IMG/VR virus record: IMGVR_UViG_3300032038_000033
Coordinates: 1 to 64,000 of that record
Origin: a virus
Lineage: Duplodnaviria > Caudoviricetes
Direction: 5' to 3' (one strand)
DNA length: 64,000 nucleotides
A program made the translations under genes and the position numbers. The notes under the pieces are model-generated. The model made no database searches, was not told where the DNA came from, and saw only the letters and a program-made list of their open reading frames with translations. Below are positions 21,300 to 30,958 of this stretch, in pieces (positions within the stretch are counted from its first letter, which is position 1; each line of letters begins with the position of its first letter).

Positions 21300-22412
21300 A
21301 TGAATAAGAAAGAAATAAATGAAATTAAAACGAATATAAGTAAAAATAGTTCACTATTAACTATAAATAAAGTATATACACTTTATATAGATTCTGAAAA
21401 GAATATAGTGTATGATGCTTTGCTGCCGAGTTGGTCTATTGATGAAGAAACACTGGACTTAATTAAGAGTAATTTTGTTAAGATACTTAAAGGTAGATTA
21501 GGCAGTACAATTTTAGAGTTTAATAATTTTAATAATTCAGAGAATTATGAAATATTTACTGATGCTTTATTCACTAAGTTTGATGGAGATGAAATACTTA
21601 ATAAGTATGTAGAAAATATTATAAATAATAATTCTATATTAGGACCTTATGTAATATTTACTGCACATTGTACTTATAATGCTCTAAGTAAAGACCATAA
21701 TAAAGATAGTGAAACAGATTTTGATGAAATCACTTATAACTTTATTATAACAAGTATATGTCCAGTAGCTACTGAGTTTAAAGGACTTATATGTGTTGAC
21801 GAACCTGAAAGTAAGGTAGAAAAAGAATTATCACTTACAAAGGTAGTACAAGACCCTATTGAAGGTTTCTTATATCCTGCATTTTGTGATAGAGATTCAG
21901 ATTTGAATAGTATTATATATTCTTGTAAAGGCGTTAAAAATTTAGATAGAGAGTTTATTGAAAATGCTTTAGGTTGTACTTATGATATAAATGCAGAACA
22001 ACAGAAAGAAACATTTAATGATATAATTAAAGATTCTATCGGTGATGACTTAACGTATAATGATGTATGTAATATAAACGATACTATTGTAAATATTATA
22101 GAACAAAGAAAGTTTGAAACCGAACCAGTAGAACTTACTAAGCAAGATATAGTTAGAATTGCAGAAGAAGCTGGCTTAGAAGATGAAACAATTGAAAGCA
22201 TAGAAAAAGTTTGTAATAATAAACTTCAAGATAATCAAACAATAAATGCCAATAATGTAGCAGTAAGTAAACATAAGATAGAAACAGATAGTTCTATAAC
22301 AATAACATATAATAATTCTGATACTGATAGTATTCAGATTAAAGAAGAAAATGGCAGAAAATATATAGTTATTGCTACAGATGATGTAATTGTTGATAAC
22401 TTTGTTATTTAA
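21300..22412 (+). CDS. DUF4317-like protein
   Basis: MNKKEINEIK start, ICPV, GFLYPAFCDRDSD, NGRKYIVI. Confidence 0.7.
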   Translation: MNKKEINEIKTNISKNSSLLTINKVYTLYIDSEKNIVYDALLPSWSIDEETLDLIKSNFVKILKGRLGSTILEFNNFNNSENYEIFTDALFTKFDGDEILNKYVENIINNNSILGPYVIFTAHCTYNALSKDHNKDSETDFDEITYNFIITSICPVATEFKGLICVDEPESKVEKELSLTKVVQDPIEGFLYPAFCDRDSDLNSIIYSCKGVKNLDREFIENALGCTYDINAEQQKETFNDIIKDSIGDDLTYNDVCNINDTIVNIIEQRKFETEPVELTKQDIVRIAEEAGLEDETIESIEKVCNNKLQDNQTINANNVAVSKHKIETDSSITITYNNSDTDSIQIKEENGRKYIVIATDDVIVDNFVI

Positions 22413-22460
22413 GATTATGAGAAACTGGCATATTTGATTTCTCCCACTTCTTTCTTTGCT

Positions 22461-22510
22461 AAAGGATAGGATTTATAATTACACATCTAAATCCTATCCT
22501 TACTATTTTT
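22461..22510 (+). terminator. Intrinsic terminator-like hairpin
   Basis: AAGGATAGGATTT...AAATCCTATCCTT followed by T-rich tail. Confidence 0.5.
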
Positions 22511-22527
22511 ACATAAGGAGTATATAA

Positions 22528-22863
22528 ATGAATACAAGATATTATAGTAGTAAACAAGAAAAAAGAGTTGCTAAAGAATTTAATGGAAAAACCGTAGCAA
22601 ATAGTGGAGCTGCTATGTTTTGTGGCGGAGATGTAAATTTAGAAAACTTTCTTGTAGAATGTAAAACATCAACAAAACCAAAAGACAGTATGTCTATTAA
22701 AAAAGAATGGTTAACTAAAATAAAAGAAGAAGCAATAGCAAAACGTAAAAGATATTATGCTTTAACAATAGATTTCGGTTCACAAGATGATTATTTTGTA
22801 ATAGATAAAAATACATTTAAGTTATTAGTAGATTATGTAAATAAGTTAGAGGGAGGAGAATAA
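22528..22863 (+). CDS. Small PD-(D/E)xK nuclease (Holliday-junction-resolvase-like)
   Basis: QEKRVAK, SGA..GDV, LVECKT. Confidence 0.65.
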   Translation: MNTRYYSSKQEKRVAKEFNGKTVANSGAAMFCGGDVNLENFLVECKTSTKPKDSMSIKKEWLTKIKEEAIAKRKRYYALTIDFGSQDDYFVIDKNTFKLLVDYVNKLEGGE

Positions 22864-23895
22864 ATGGCAAAACAAGCATTAGCATTAAAATATAGACCAA
22901 GAAAATTTGAAGATGTAGTAGAACAAGATGCTATTAAGGCAACATTAATGCAACAGTTAAAGACAAATACTATACAGCATTGTTATTTGTTTACTGGTCC
23001 TGCTGGTTGCGGTAAGACGACAGATGCTCGTATATTTGCAAATGAAATAAATAAAGGTAAAGGTATTCCTATTGAGCTTGACGCTGCTTCAAATAATAGT
23101 GTTGATGATATGCGTAGAATATTAGACCAAGCTAAATATCGTGCTGTAGATAGTGAATATAAAGTATTTATATTGGATGAGGTACACGCATTTAGTAATA
23201 CGGCTTTTCAGTGCTTTCTCAAAACTTGTGAGGAACCTCCTGCAAAATCAATATTCATCCTTTGCACAACAGACCCGCAAAAAATACCAAACACTATATT
23301 ATCCAGAGTTCAAAGATATGACTTTAGAAAAATATCGTTTAATGGTATTGTAAATAGACTAAAGTATATTATTGAAAATGAAAATAAAGAAGGAGCTAAT
23401 ATAACTTATACTGATGATGCTATTGAATATATAGCTAAATTATGTGACGGCGGTATGAGAGATAGTATTACTACTCTTGATAAATGTTTAAGTTATAATA
23501 ATAGTTTAACATTAGAAAATGTTACTAAGGCTCTTGGCACAGTTAACTATGACGTTCTATTTGACTTAACCGATTATGTTTATAATTATGATACTAATAA
23601 TGTTATTGAAACAATAGAAAGTATTTATATGTCCGGTGCAAATATAAAACAGTTTATAAAAGACTATACTTTATTTGTTCTTGATTTATGTAAATATGGA
23701 CTTAATAAGTCTTTTACTTATGTACAGATACCTTCTTTATATAAGAATAGACTTGATAAGTATGATAATAATGCTTATGCTTTCTTTGTTCAATTATTAG
23801 GTGAAATGACAAAGTTAAACACAAATATTAAATGGGAAAGTTCACCTAAGCCAACCATTGAATCTACATTTATCTTACTTTGTCAGAAAGGATAG
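22864..23895 (+). CDS. dnaX: Clamp loader gamma/tau subunit
   Basis: KYRP, GPAGCGKTT, ELDAASN, LDEVH, EEPP, SRVQ, GGMRD. Confidence 0.92.
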   Translation: MAKQALALKYRPRKFEDVVEQDAIKATLMQQLKTNTIQHCYLFTGPAGCGKTTDARIFANEINKGKGIPIELDAASNNSVDDMRRILDQAKYRAVDSEYKVFILDEVHAFSNTAFQCFLKTCEEPPAKSIFILCTTDPQKIPNTILSRVQRYDFRKISFNGIVNRLKYIIENENKEGANITYTDDAIEYIAKLCDGGMRDSITTLDKCLSYNNSLTLENVTKALGTVNYDVLFDLTDYVYNYDTNNVIETIESIYMSGANIKQFIKDYTLFVLDLCKYGLNKSFTYVQIPSLYKNRLDKYDNNAYAFFVQLLGEMTKLNTNIKWESSPKPTIESTFILLCQKG

Positions 23896-23901
23896 CCTTA
23901 T

Positions 23902-24747
23902 ATGCTTAAAAGAAAAGATATTATAGGACAAACTGAATTATTAGATAGAATAGATTATTTAATAGATAATAATAAGTTGCCGAGATTTCTTATTATTGTT
24001 GGAAATAAAAATAGCGGTAAAAAACTTATTGCAAATTATATATCTGATAAATTATGTGCTACTTTTGTTCCCTGTAATCTTAAAGCTGATGATGTTCGTG
24101 CTGTTATAGATGAATCTTATAAACAATCTGAACTTATGTGTTATATGTGGGCAAATAGTGATAGTATGAGTATTACATCTAAAAATGCCATATTAAAAGT
24201 AACAGAAGAACCCCCTAACTTAGCTTATTTTATAATTACTTTAAATGATGTAAATAATATGTTGCCGACTATTTTAAGTCGAGGAACACAATTACTTATT
24301 AACCCTTATTCAGATAAAGAATTATTAGAATATGCTAAGAGTAAAAATTATGATTATGAAAAACATAGTGTTATAATTACTAATGTATGTTCTAATCCAG
24401 GAGATATAGATAACTTATTTGCTTATAATATAGATAAGTTTATTAACTTTACTTATAGTATATTAGATAATATTGGGGGTGCTTCTTATGCAAACACATT
24501 AAAACTTTCTAATTCTTTTAAACTTAGAAAAGAAGATAATATAAATAATGATAAATATGATATTACATTGTTTATTAGATGTTTTAATGCTATCTGTTTA
24601 AATGAATTAAAGAGTAGTAATGATATGAAATATGCCCATGCCTCAATATTGTGTTCTCAATGTATATCAGAGTTTAGAATACCTTCTATAAGTAAATTAG
24701 CTGTTTTAGATAAGTGGTTAATCGGAATTAAAGAAATTCTAAGATAG
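23902..24747 (+). CDS. Clamp loader delta-prime-like subunit
   Basis: IIGQ, degenerate P-loop, NAILKVTEEPP, LPTILSR. Confidence 0.78.
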   Translation: MLKRKDIIGQTELLDRIDYLIDNNKLPRFLIIVGNKNSGKKLIANYISDKLCATFVPCNLKADDVRAVIDESYKQSELMCYMWANSDSMSITSKNAILKVTEEPPNLAYFIITLNDVNNMLPTILSRGTQLLINPYSDKELLEYAKSKNYDYEKHSVIITNVCSNPGDIDNLFAYNIDKFINFTYSILDNIGGASYANTLKLSNSFKLRKEDNINNDKYDITLFIRCFNAICLNELKSSNDMKYAHASILCSQCISEFRIPSISKLAVLDKWLIGIKEILR

Positions 24748-24759
24748 GTGGTGATATAA

Positions 24760-25731
24760 TTGACACTTATGGAGTTAAAAGAACAAGTAGTAAAGAATAA
24801 AACATTACAGAATTTATATGTTTTCACGGGAGAAGAAACATCTATACTAAATACCTATGTGAATAAAATAACTACTTTATTTGAAACAAAATATAATGGA
24901 AATGTGACTCATATAGATTCTATAATGGAAGTATATAATAAATTTGGCAAAACTAATTTATTAAAAATGAAGCCTACTTGTTATGTAATGTATGAAGATA
25001 AGAATTATATAAGTCAAAATGAAAGTGTATGGAAATCACTAACTGTAAGTGGTAAAAAACTGCTTAAAGATAATGTAGTAATCTTTATTTATAATAATAT
25101 AGATAAGAAAACAAAGTTTTATAAAGCACATAAAGATTATATAACCTTATTTGATAAACTCAATAATGATTTATTGATAAAGTATATTAAAAAAGAATTT
25201 CCTACTATAACTACTGAAAATGCAAATATATTAGTAGGTATTTGCCGAAATGATTATACACGAATACTATTAGAATGTAATAAACTTAAAAATCTTCAAG
25301 ATGCTATGCAGTTTCAAGATATAAATAATTGTTTTAATTATGCTCTACAACAGTCATTCATATATATTCCGCCAGAAGATGCTATATTTTCATTCGTAAG
25401 TGCTTGTTTAAGTAGAAATATAGATGATTGTTATTATTATCTAAATGAATGTAAATTAAAGGGCGAAAATGAATTGAATATATTATCTAATTTATATACA
25501 AACTTTAGAGCATTATTTCAAGTACAGTCATTAGGATATAATAAAGATATTTGTAATATAACAGGTTTGCAGATGTATCAGGTAAAAAATGTTTCAGATA
25601 AAACTAAAAATTATAGCTTAGACCAAATATTAAGAGCATTAAGACTAATAAGATATTGTGAAAAATCAATTAAAGACGGAACTATTGAAGTTGATATAGT
25701 ATTAGATTTTATGCTTGTAAATCTTTTATGA
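24760..25731 (+). CDS. Clamp loader delta-like subunit
   Basis: LYVFTGEE, ECNKL, IFSFV, EKSIKDG; third gene of loader operon. Confidence 0.72.
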   Translation: MTLMELKEQVVKNKTLQNLYVFTGEETSILNTYVNKITTLFETKYNGNVTHIDSIMEVYNKFGKTNLLKMKPTCYVMYEDKNYISQNESVWKSLTVSGKKLLKDNVVIFIYNNIDKKTKFYKAHKDYITLFDKLNNDLLIKYIKKEFPTITTENANILVGICRNDYTRILLECNKLKNLQDAMQFQDINNCFNYALQQSFIYIPPEDAIFSFVSACLSRNIDDCYYYLNECKLKGENELNILSNLYTNFRALFQVQSLGYNKDICNITGLQMYQVKNVSDKTKNYSLDQILRALRLIRYCEKSIKDGTIEVDIVLDFMLVNLL

Positions 25732-25745
25732 AATGAGTGATTTAA

Positions 25746-26012
25746 TTGAAAAATAACAAGTTAATTCCTAATATAGAAAATTTAGTAGATATTAGTAGTA
25801 TGGTTAAATCACTTAATGATGAAGCTATGCAAAGTCTTATAGATTATGTAAATACTTTAGTTAAAGATACTGAAAATAATGATACAGTATATTATTGTCG
25901 GAGGTGCGGAAAGCCAATAAAAAGACTTAATAGCATAAACAATTCTATGGGTCCAGTATGTTATAAACATTATTGTGATGAAAATAAGAAAAAGAATAAA
26001 CCTTTATTTTAA
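25746..26012 (+). CDS. Small Zn-finger protein (DUF6011-like)
   Basis: CRRCGKPIK...MGPVC. Confidence 0.55.
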   Translation: MKNNKLIPNIENLVDISSMVKSLNDEAMQSLIDYVNTLVKDTENNDTVYYCRRCGKPIKRLNSINNSMGPVCYKHYCDENKKKNKPLF

Positions 26013-26028
26013 TTTTTAAGATATAAAA

Positions 26029-26075
26029 AAATTACCTATGTACTTTTTGTTTGTACATAGGTAAATTTCTTTTTT
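26029..26075. terminator. Bidirectional terminator between convergent genes
   Basis: TTACCTATGTAC/GTACATAGGTAA inverted repeat flanked by A and T runs. Confidence 0.7.
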
Positions 26076-26105
26076 ACTCAGTGTCAATAAGTTAAAGTTT
26101 AGAAA

Positions 26106-26246
26106 TCAATTAGTGTACGGCTCACCCACTATCATTTCATACTCTTCCGCCGTTATCCACCCTTTTCCAACTGCGTTATAGACCCTGTGCTTGTTCCACA
26201 AACCATTGTCGTAGTAGGATTTGACTTGTTCATATCTCTTGCTCAT
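26106..26246 (-). CDS. XkdX-like small tail-cassette protein (46 aa, not in ORF track)
   Basis: MSKRYEQVKSYYDNGLWNKHRVYNAVGKGWITAEEYEMIVGEPYTN. Confidence 0.8.
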   Translation of the reverse strand: MSKRYEQVKSYYDNGLWNKHRVYNAVGKGWITAEEYEMIVGEPYTN

Positions 26247-26391
26247 CTTCATCACCTTCTTCGAGGTCTACATCGCTCATCATCGCCATATATTCCATAT
26301 CAGCTTTTGTTTTGATAAGGTCGGACAATACAGACTCTATGTTTCTGCGTTCTTCTGCGATTTGTTCGATTATGTTTTTATGGACAAACAT
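26230..26391 (-). CDS. Small tail-cassette protein (53 aa, not in ORF track)
   Basis: MFVHKNIIEQIAEERR...ADMEYMAMMSDVDL; RBS GAGGTG; sits between the fibre-like gene and xkdX-like gene. Confidence 0.7.
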   Translation of the reverse strand: MFVHKNIIEQIAEERRNIESVLSDLIKTKADMEYMAMMSDVDLEEGDEDEQEI

Positions 26392-26404
26392 CTATATCAC
26401 CTCT

Positions 26405-27544
26405 TTAAATTATGTTGCAAGCAAGCGCCACTCCGTAATTGTTGTTGACACGGTCGCCATATATACCACCATCAAAATCCACGGTGAACGCAGTTCTGGA
26501 GGCGTATATGTTTGGAGAGCGAAGCCAATATATGCTTGACCTTCCATTTTTATACATCACTCTTGATGCATCATCAGAATAAGGTGTATACTTAGTGCCC
26601 TCGCTATCATAACCTCCACTATAGCTATTATTAACCTGAGAACAAGACATTAAAAAGAAATAATCCTCTGTTGTATAAGTGCCATTGAATGTGCCGATTG
26701 ATGTATCAAAGTAATTAGTTGTAACTTGCGTTTTGCCAATAACAGCAAGAAATTCAGTGTCTAAATCATACAAAAAGCCATTAAGAGTGTTAGCATAAGC
26801 AGGAGGTCTATCCCAAGGTGTCTGAGGTTCCCACCATTGTCCTGCTGGTTTGTTGCTATTTAGCCATTGTCTTATAGCTGACTCTCTCCAGTCACCAGAG
26901 CCATATTTTCGTCTTTCATCTGTATTAAGATTTTCACTACAAGTATTATCAGCCAATGTGCCAAGGTTTGTACCCAAGGCACCAGTTGTTACACTAACTG
27001 TTTCAATAGGCGTTGTGCTACTTCCACTTACGTAAGAATATAAAGTTGAATCATTCGTACATACTAACTGACCACCAACAGGTACGGATTGTGTGAGTGT
27101 GAATGTACGATAGTAGCCTCCACTCACATAACAATATGTGCCTGCATTTAAGGCACTTGTTTGACAAGCATACAACGCCTCTGGAGCATCAAACACTAAA
27201 TTATCAGGCAATAAGCTATGTACCCTAAGCGTTAAAGCGTGAGAAAGATTAGGATTTGCAGGAGTATCAATATTCTTGCCTATAACATCCCAAGTAAGTT
27301 CGCCACTACCTTGACTACAAGTATATTGGTCGCCAATACTAATACTATCCATATCATTATTTCTTACTTTCATTTGTAATTTTTGCCAAGAGGTTAATAT
27401 AGTAGTATTGTCTTTCATATATTTATTAATTTTACCGAAACTTGTAGAAATATTTTCACCACTTATTAAAAATAAATCATCATAACTGCCAGTAGAATCT
27501 GTAAAGTTAACAGAAATTTTTGCGTTCATATTTTTATTAGCCAT
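26405..27544 (-). CDS. DUF6273-like tail/receptor-binding protein
   Basis: WDVIG, WRESAIRQWLNS, FFLMS, YWLRSP...GVALAC; followed by xkdX-like genes. Confidence 0.7.
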   Translation of the reverse strand: MANKNMNAKISVNFTDSTGSYDDLFLISGENISTSFGKINKYMKDNTTILTSWQKLQMKVRNNDMDSISIGDQYTCSQGSGELTWDVIGKNIDTPANPNLSHALTLRVHSLLPDNLVFDAPEALYACQTSALNAGTYCYVSGGYYRTFTLTQSVPVGGQLVCTNDSTLYSYVSGSSTTPIETVSVTTGALGTNLGTLADNTCSENLNTDERRKYGSGDWRESAIRQWLNSNKPAGQWWEPQTPWDRPPAYANTLNGFLYDLDTEFLAVIGKTQVTTNYFDTSIGTFNGTYTTEDYFFLMSCSQVNNSYSGGYDSEGTKYTPYSDDASRVMYKNGRSSIYWLRSPNIYASRTAFTVDFDGGIYGDRVNNNYGVALACNII

Positions 27545-27573
27545 TGTATAATTTCCTTTCTATATATTTTTGT

Positions 27574-27589
27574 GTAATATTAGTAGTTT
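27574..27589 (-). promoter_or_regulatory. ACTAATA-class (putative late) promoter motif
   Basis: AACTACTAATATTAC on the minus strand upstream of the tail gene. Confidence 0.45.
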
Positions 27590-27724
27590 ATTAAACAAAA
27601 GTGGCGTTTTTTTTTTTGTTTGTAAATTTTATAACTTTTGTATTTTGTAACTTTATCAAAACCCCTTTTTTGATATTTCAATATTTTAAATAACAAAATA
27701 TCTAACAAAACAATTCCTTAATAT

Positions 27725-27738
27725 AACTACTAATATTA
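27725..27738 (+). promoter_or_regulatory. ACTAATA-class (putative late) promoter motif
   Basis: AACTACTAATATTA; related copies near 40217, 44698, 51036, 51608 and 59859. Confidence 0.45.
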
Positions 27739-27790
27739 CAATTATTATAATAATTGAAAATAAATATATAAGAAAGGAATTATTTTTGTT

Positions 27791-28279
27791 ATGGTTAGGA
27801 AACTAAGAATTAACGAAACTGTAAATCTTATGAATTTCTCTATATATAACAAAATAGCTATATTAGGTTATAAATGTTCTTTAGCAGCTAATGACTTACA
27901 TCACATACACCTTTGTGCGGAAGGTGATAAATTTCAAGAAATTCACATTGACGCCGAAAATTATATGGGTAGGGTTAGAGAACTTGGAGATTTATGTTTT
28001 GAATTAGCAAAAGAAGCAAATGTATCATTAATTAATGAAACATATGCCTTAAAAGTTTTAAAAGATAATAATGATTTATGGGAAGTAGAAGATGTACAGT
28101 CTTATTACTTTACAGAAGCATATGAAACTATTTCAAGAATACTTAGTGAACTTTGTGATGAAATAGTAGCTGTTCAGAAAATGCCTGAAATTAGTTCTGA
28201 TGTATCTTCTGAATTAGATACTTATTTAAGAGAATTTACTAAGGACGTTAATTATTTTATTGATAAGAAATTAAGCTGA
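27791..28279 (+). CDS. Ferritin/Dps-like protein with MVRKLRINE leader
   Basis: DLHHIHLCAEGDKFQEIH...D...E four-helix pattern. Confidence 0.6.
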   Translation: MVRKLRINETVNLMNFSIYNKIAILGYKCSLAANDLHHIHLCAEGDKFQEIHIDAENYMGRVRELGDLCFELAKEANVSLINETYALKVLKDNNDLWEVEDVQSYYFTEAYETISRILSELCDEIVAVQKMPEISSDVSSELDTYLREFTKDVNYFIDKKLS

Positions 28280-28351
28280 TTTATTTTTATTCTTAAATGA
28301 TATATAAAAGGGTAGTCGATTGCTACCCTTATTTTTTTTCTATTCCTAAAG

Positions 28352-28405
28352 TTAATAATATGTTTACAAAAATAATAAGTATTTGTAATAATAGTATGTT
28401 ATACT
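28352..28405 (+). promoter_or_regulatory. Phage promoter, repeat-box class
   Basis: TTAATA-N5-TTTACA-N31-TATACT, following terminator at 28308-28339. Confidence 0.7.
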
Positions 28406-28458
28406 AATTACAGTAGATAAGACAACAACATAAACACAAACTTTAGGAGGAATTAATT

Positions 28459-28776
28459 ATGACAAAGACAATGACAGCTACACAGAAGGAAATGAAGAGA
28501 CTTGCAAGAGAGTACACTAAGCTCAATGCCAAAATGAAGGAAATTGAGGACAAGAAGAAGGAACTTGCCGAGCAGATGAAGCAGATTATGGATGCTGAGA
28601 ATGTTGATACAATGTGTGTAGATGAATACACTATCAGAAACAAGAATGTAGATACTACACGCTTTGATTCAAAGGCTCTTAAAAAGAACGCTATAGACAT
28701 TTATAACCTCTATGCTAAGGTTACAAGCTCTGTAAGGTTCACAGTAGATTATACCGCACCTAAGACAGTTGGTTAA
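28459..28776 (+). CDS. Hypothetical coiled-coil protein
   Basis: Strong RBS AGGAGG; TTRFDSKALKK; own promoter and terminator. Confidence 0.6.
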   Translation: MTKTMTATQKEMKRLAREYTKLNAKMKEIEDKKKELAEQMKQIMDAENVDTMCVDEYTIRNKNVDTTRFDSKALKKNAIDIYNLYAKVTSSVRFTVDYTAPKTVG

Positions 28777-28905
28777 TCTAACACATAATAAGTAAAAAGT
28801 GGTTTAATTACCCACTTTTTATTTTTATAAATATTTTCTTTAAACAACTTTATAAGTCATCTACACTACATAATATATGATATAAAATAAAAGAAGGTAA
28901 GATAA

Positions 28906-29115
28906 TTGAGAAGAGATTGTTTTAAGAAAGTTATTTGTGAAATTTGTCGGCATTCTATTCCCACACAAAATAAGTTTTTTAATAAATATGATTGTGAGTT
29001 AAGTAAGAAGCCGAGTAATAAAGAAAATTGTTTTTACTTTTATTGTAATGGAAAAGAAAAGAATAGGAATTGTGACTATTGTTCTTTTTTAAATATAAAC
29101 GACAATCAAGATTAA
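28906..29115 (+). CDS. Cys-rich small hypothetical protein
   Basis: CxxC motifs; RBS GAAGG. Confidence 0.45.
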   Translation: MRRDCFKKVICEICRHSIPTQNKFFNKYDCELSKKPSNKENCFYFYCNGKEKNRNCDYCSFLNINDNQD

Positions 29116-29165
29116 CAATTAGTTTACAAATTATAAATCACTATTTAATATTTATCATTTATAAT
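29112..29165 (+). promoter_or_regulatory. Phage promoter, repeat-box class, heading the leader-protein array
   Basis: TTAACA-ATTAG-TTTACA-N31-TATAAT. Confidence 0.65.
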
Positions 29166-29203
29166 ATATGTATATAATAATAATATAAATGGAGGTATTA
29201 AAT

Positions 29204-29527
29204 ATGTCTATAAGAGAAATTTATAATGATATATTTGACAAAAGACCTGGTAGTTGCATTATTATTTATAAGAAAAATGATACTAATGTACTTTCTCATT
29301 TAGTGTTAAATGATATTATTAAACTAAGAAATATAGACGTAAATGATATTTTATATATTAATTATCAAGAGGGTTATAGTATTATTAGAAAAGAACCCAA
29401 TTATGCCATTGATAACATAAGAGGCACCATAAAGGAAAGTAATTATGGTAATAATAATTATAAGAATTATCTTGAATATTTAGATACTATATATGATAAA
29501 TTTGGAGTAGAAAATTATGAAGATTAA
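29204..29527 (+). CDS. Hypothetical protein (MSIRE start)
   Basis: RBS GGAGG; first gene of the array. Confidence 0.6.
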   Translation: MSIREIYNDIFDKRPGSCIIIYKKNDTNVLSHLVLNDIIKLRNIDVNDILYINYQEGYSIIRKEPNYAIDNIRGTIKESNYGNNNYKNYLEYLDTIYDKFGVENYED

Positions 29528-30056
29528 AATTAAAGAAACAAATTCTTTAGATAATAGAAGTCAATATATTCTTAATCGTTTTATTGAAAATCTTATAAGT
29601 AAATATAATTCTTTTCTTATGGAAGAAATAATAGGTCCTGACGATGAAATAAAACGATATTCTAAATATGTAGATAAAGCTGAAACTAAAACTTCTTTAT
29701 TGAACACATTTACAACTATTATTGAAAACTTAACCTTAGATGATATTGTGAATGATATTAGTGTAAATAGCAGTGACCAAAAAGGTTTATCAATGTATCT
29801 TACAATTACTTTCAATATCAAGAATTTAGTTAATGATTATGTAAAGTTTAAAGAGAAATATGGAGATTTGAGTGAATTTGTTGTAAGAGTTTCAGACCAT
29901 CCTTATAATAAATATACAGGATTTGATAAAAATATTATTTTTAATGGTAAAACTATAAATCAAATTTTGCCATCTATACAAACTTATGTAACTAACAGAA
30001 TTAATAGAGTTAAACAATCGATTCAAGAATTTAATGAGGTAGAAAATAATGGTTAG
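29517..30056 (+). CDS. Leader-family protein (MKIKIKE)
   Basis: Shared N-terminal motif; VRVSDH. Confidence 0.65.
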   Translation: MKIKIKETNSLDNRSQYILNRFIENLISKYNSFLMEEIIGPDDEIKRYSKYVDKAETKTSLLNTFTTIIENLTLDDIVNDISVNSSDQKGLSMYLTITFNIKNLVNDYVKFKEKYGDLSEFVVRVSDHPYNKYTGFDKNIIFNGKTINQILPSIQTYVTNRINRVKQSIQEFNEVENNG

Positions 30057-30942
30057 ACTTATTGAAGGTATTGAAACTGGCGGATATATGTTACATAGAA
30101 CTGGAAATGTAATTCCAGTTAAATATCATCCGTATGGAGTTAAGGGAGATAGCATTTATGACATTCAATATAATATAGCCTGTTCTTTCTTCCTTTATTT
30201 ATATAATAGAAAATATAAGAATATAGCCATAAATACTCTTAAGAACTATGTTGCCTTTTTAGTTAGTGAAAGTGATTTAGTTAATTATGATAATCTTGAT
30301 TATATAGGTAATGACGCTAAAAATCTATTATTTGAAATCTTTGAAGAAGCTGATATAAATAATGATTTGTGTGATTGGTCTAAAACAATTCCCGATACTA
30401 AAAACATACTTTATGATTTTGTAAAGAATATGAGTATTAGTGATATATTAGATGAATTTGATGAAAGTAATAATGGTGTTCAAGATTATGTTTACCTTAA
30501 TCAAGAATATACAAGATTTAGAATTGGTGGAGAATATGATGATACTAATGAGAATGAAATTTATTTCCGTATTAGTTCTTCTGGCTATGATTGGGGAGAA
30601 GATATAGTCGATTTAGTATTTAATAAGTATAGAGATATTCAGTTTATAACTATTGAAAGAGATAAAGAATCTTGTAAGCTAAACGATAGGGATTATAAGA
30701 TATACACACTTAATGGTGTTCCAATAAATCATTATCCTGTAAAAGATTTTATTTTTACAGAAAAACCACCTATATTATCTTCTGTAAATAGAATGAGAAA
30801 AATTCCTATAAGAACTATTGTTGAAGATTTTAGTAGAATGATTAATAATAAAAATACTATTTTAGATTATTTAGACAGAATGAATGATATTGAGAATAGA
30901 TTTGTCAAAAGAAATTATAAGACAAATAAATTTATTTTATGA
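30049..30942 (+). CDS. Leader-family protein (MVRLIE), paralog of 46778
   Basis: YMLHRTG..HP and EIYFRISS.YDW match the 46778 ORF. Confidence 0.65.
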   Translation: MVRLIEGIETGGYMLHRTGNVIPVKYHPYGVKGDSIYDIQYNIACSFFLYLYNRKYKNIAINTLKNYVAFLVSESDLVNYDNLDYIGNDAKNLLFEIFEEADINNDLCDWSKTIPDTKNILYDFVKNMSISDILDEFDESNNGVQDYVYLNQEYTRFRIGGEYDDTNENEIYFRISSSGYDWGEDIVDLVFNKYRDIQFITIERDKESCKLNDRDYKIYTLNGVPINHYPVKDFIFTEKPPILSSVNRMRKIPIRTIVEDFSRMINNKNTILDYLDRMNDIENRFVKRNYKTNKFIL

Positions 30943-30958
30943 TTTAAGGTGTGATATT

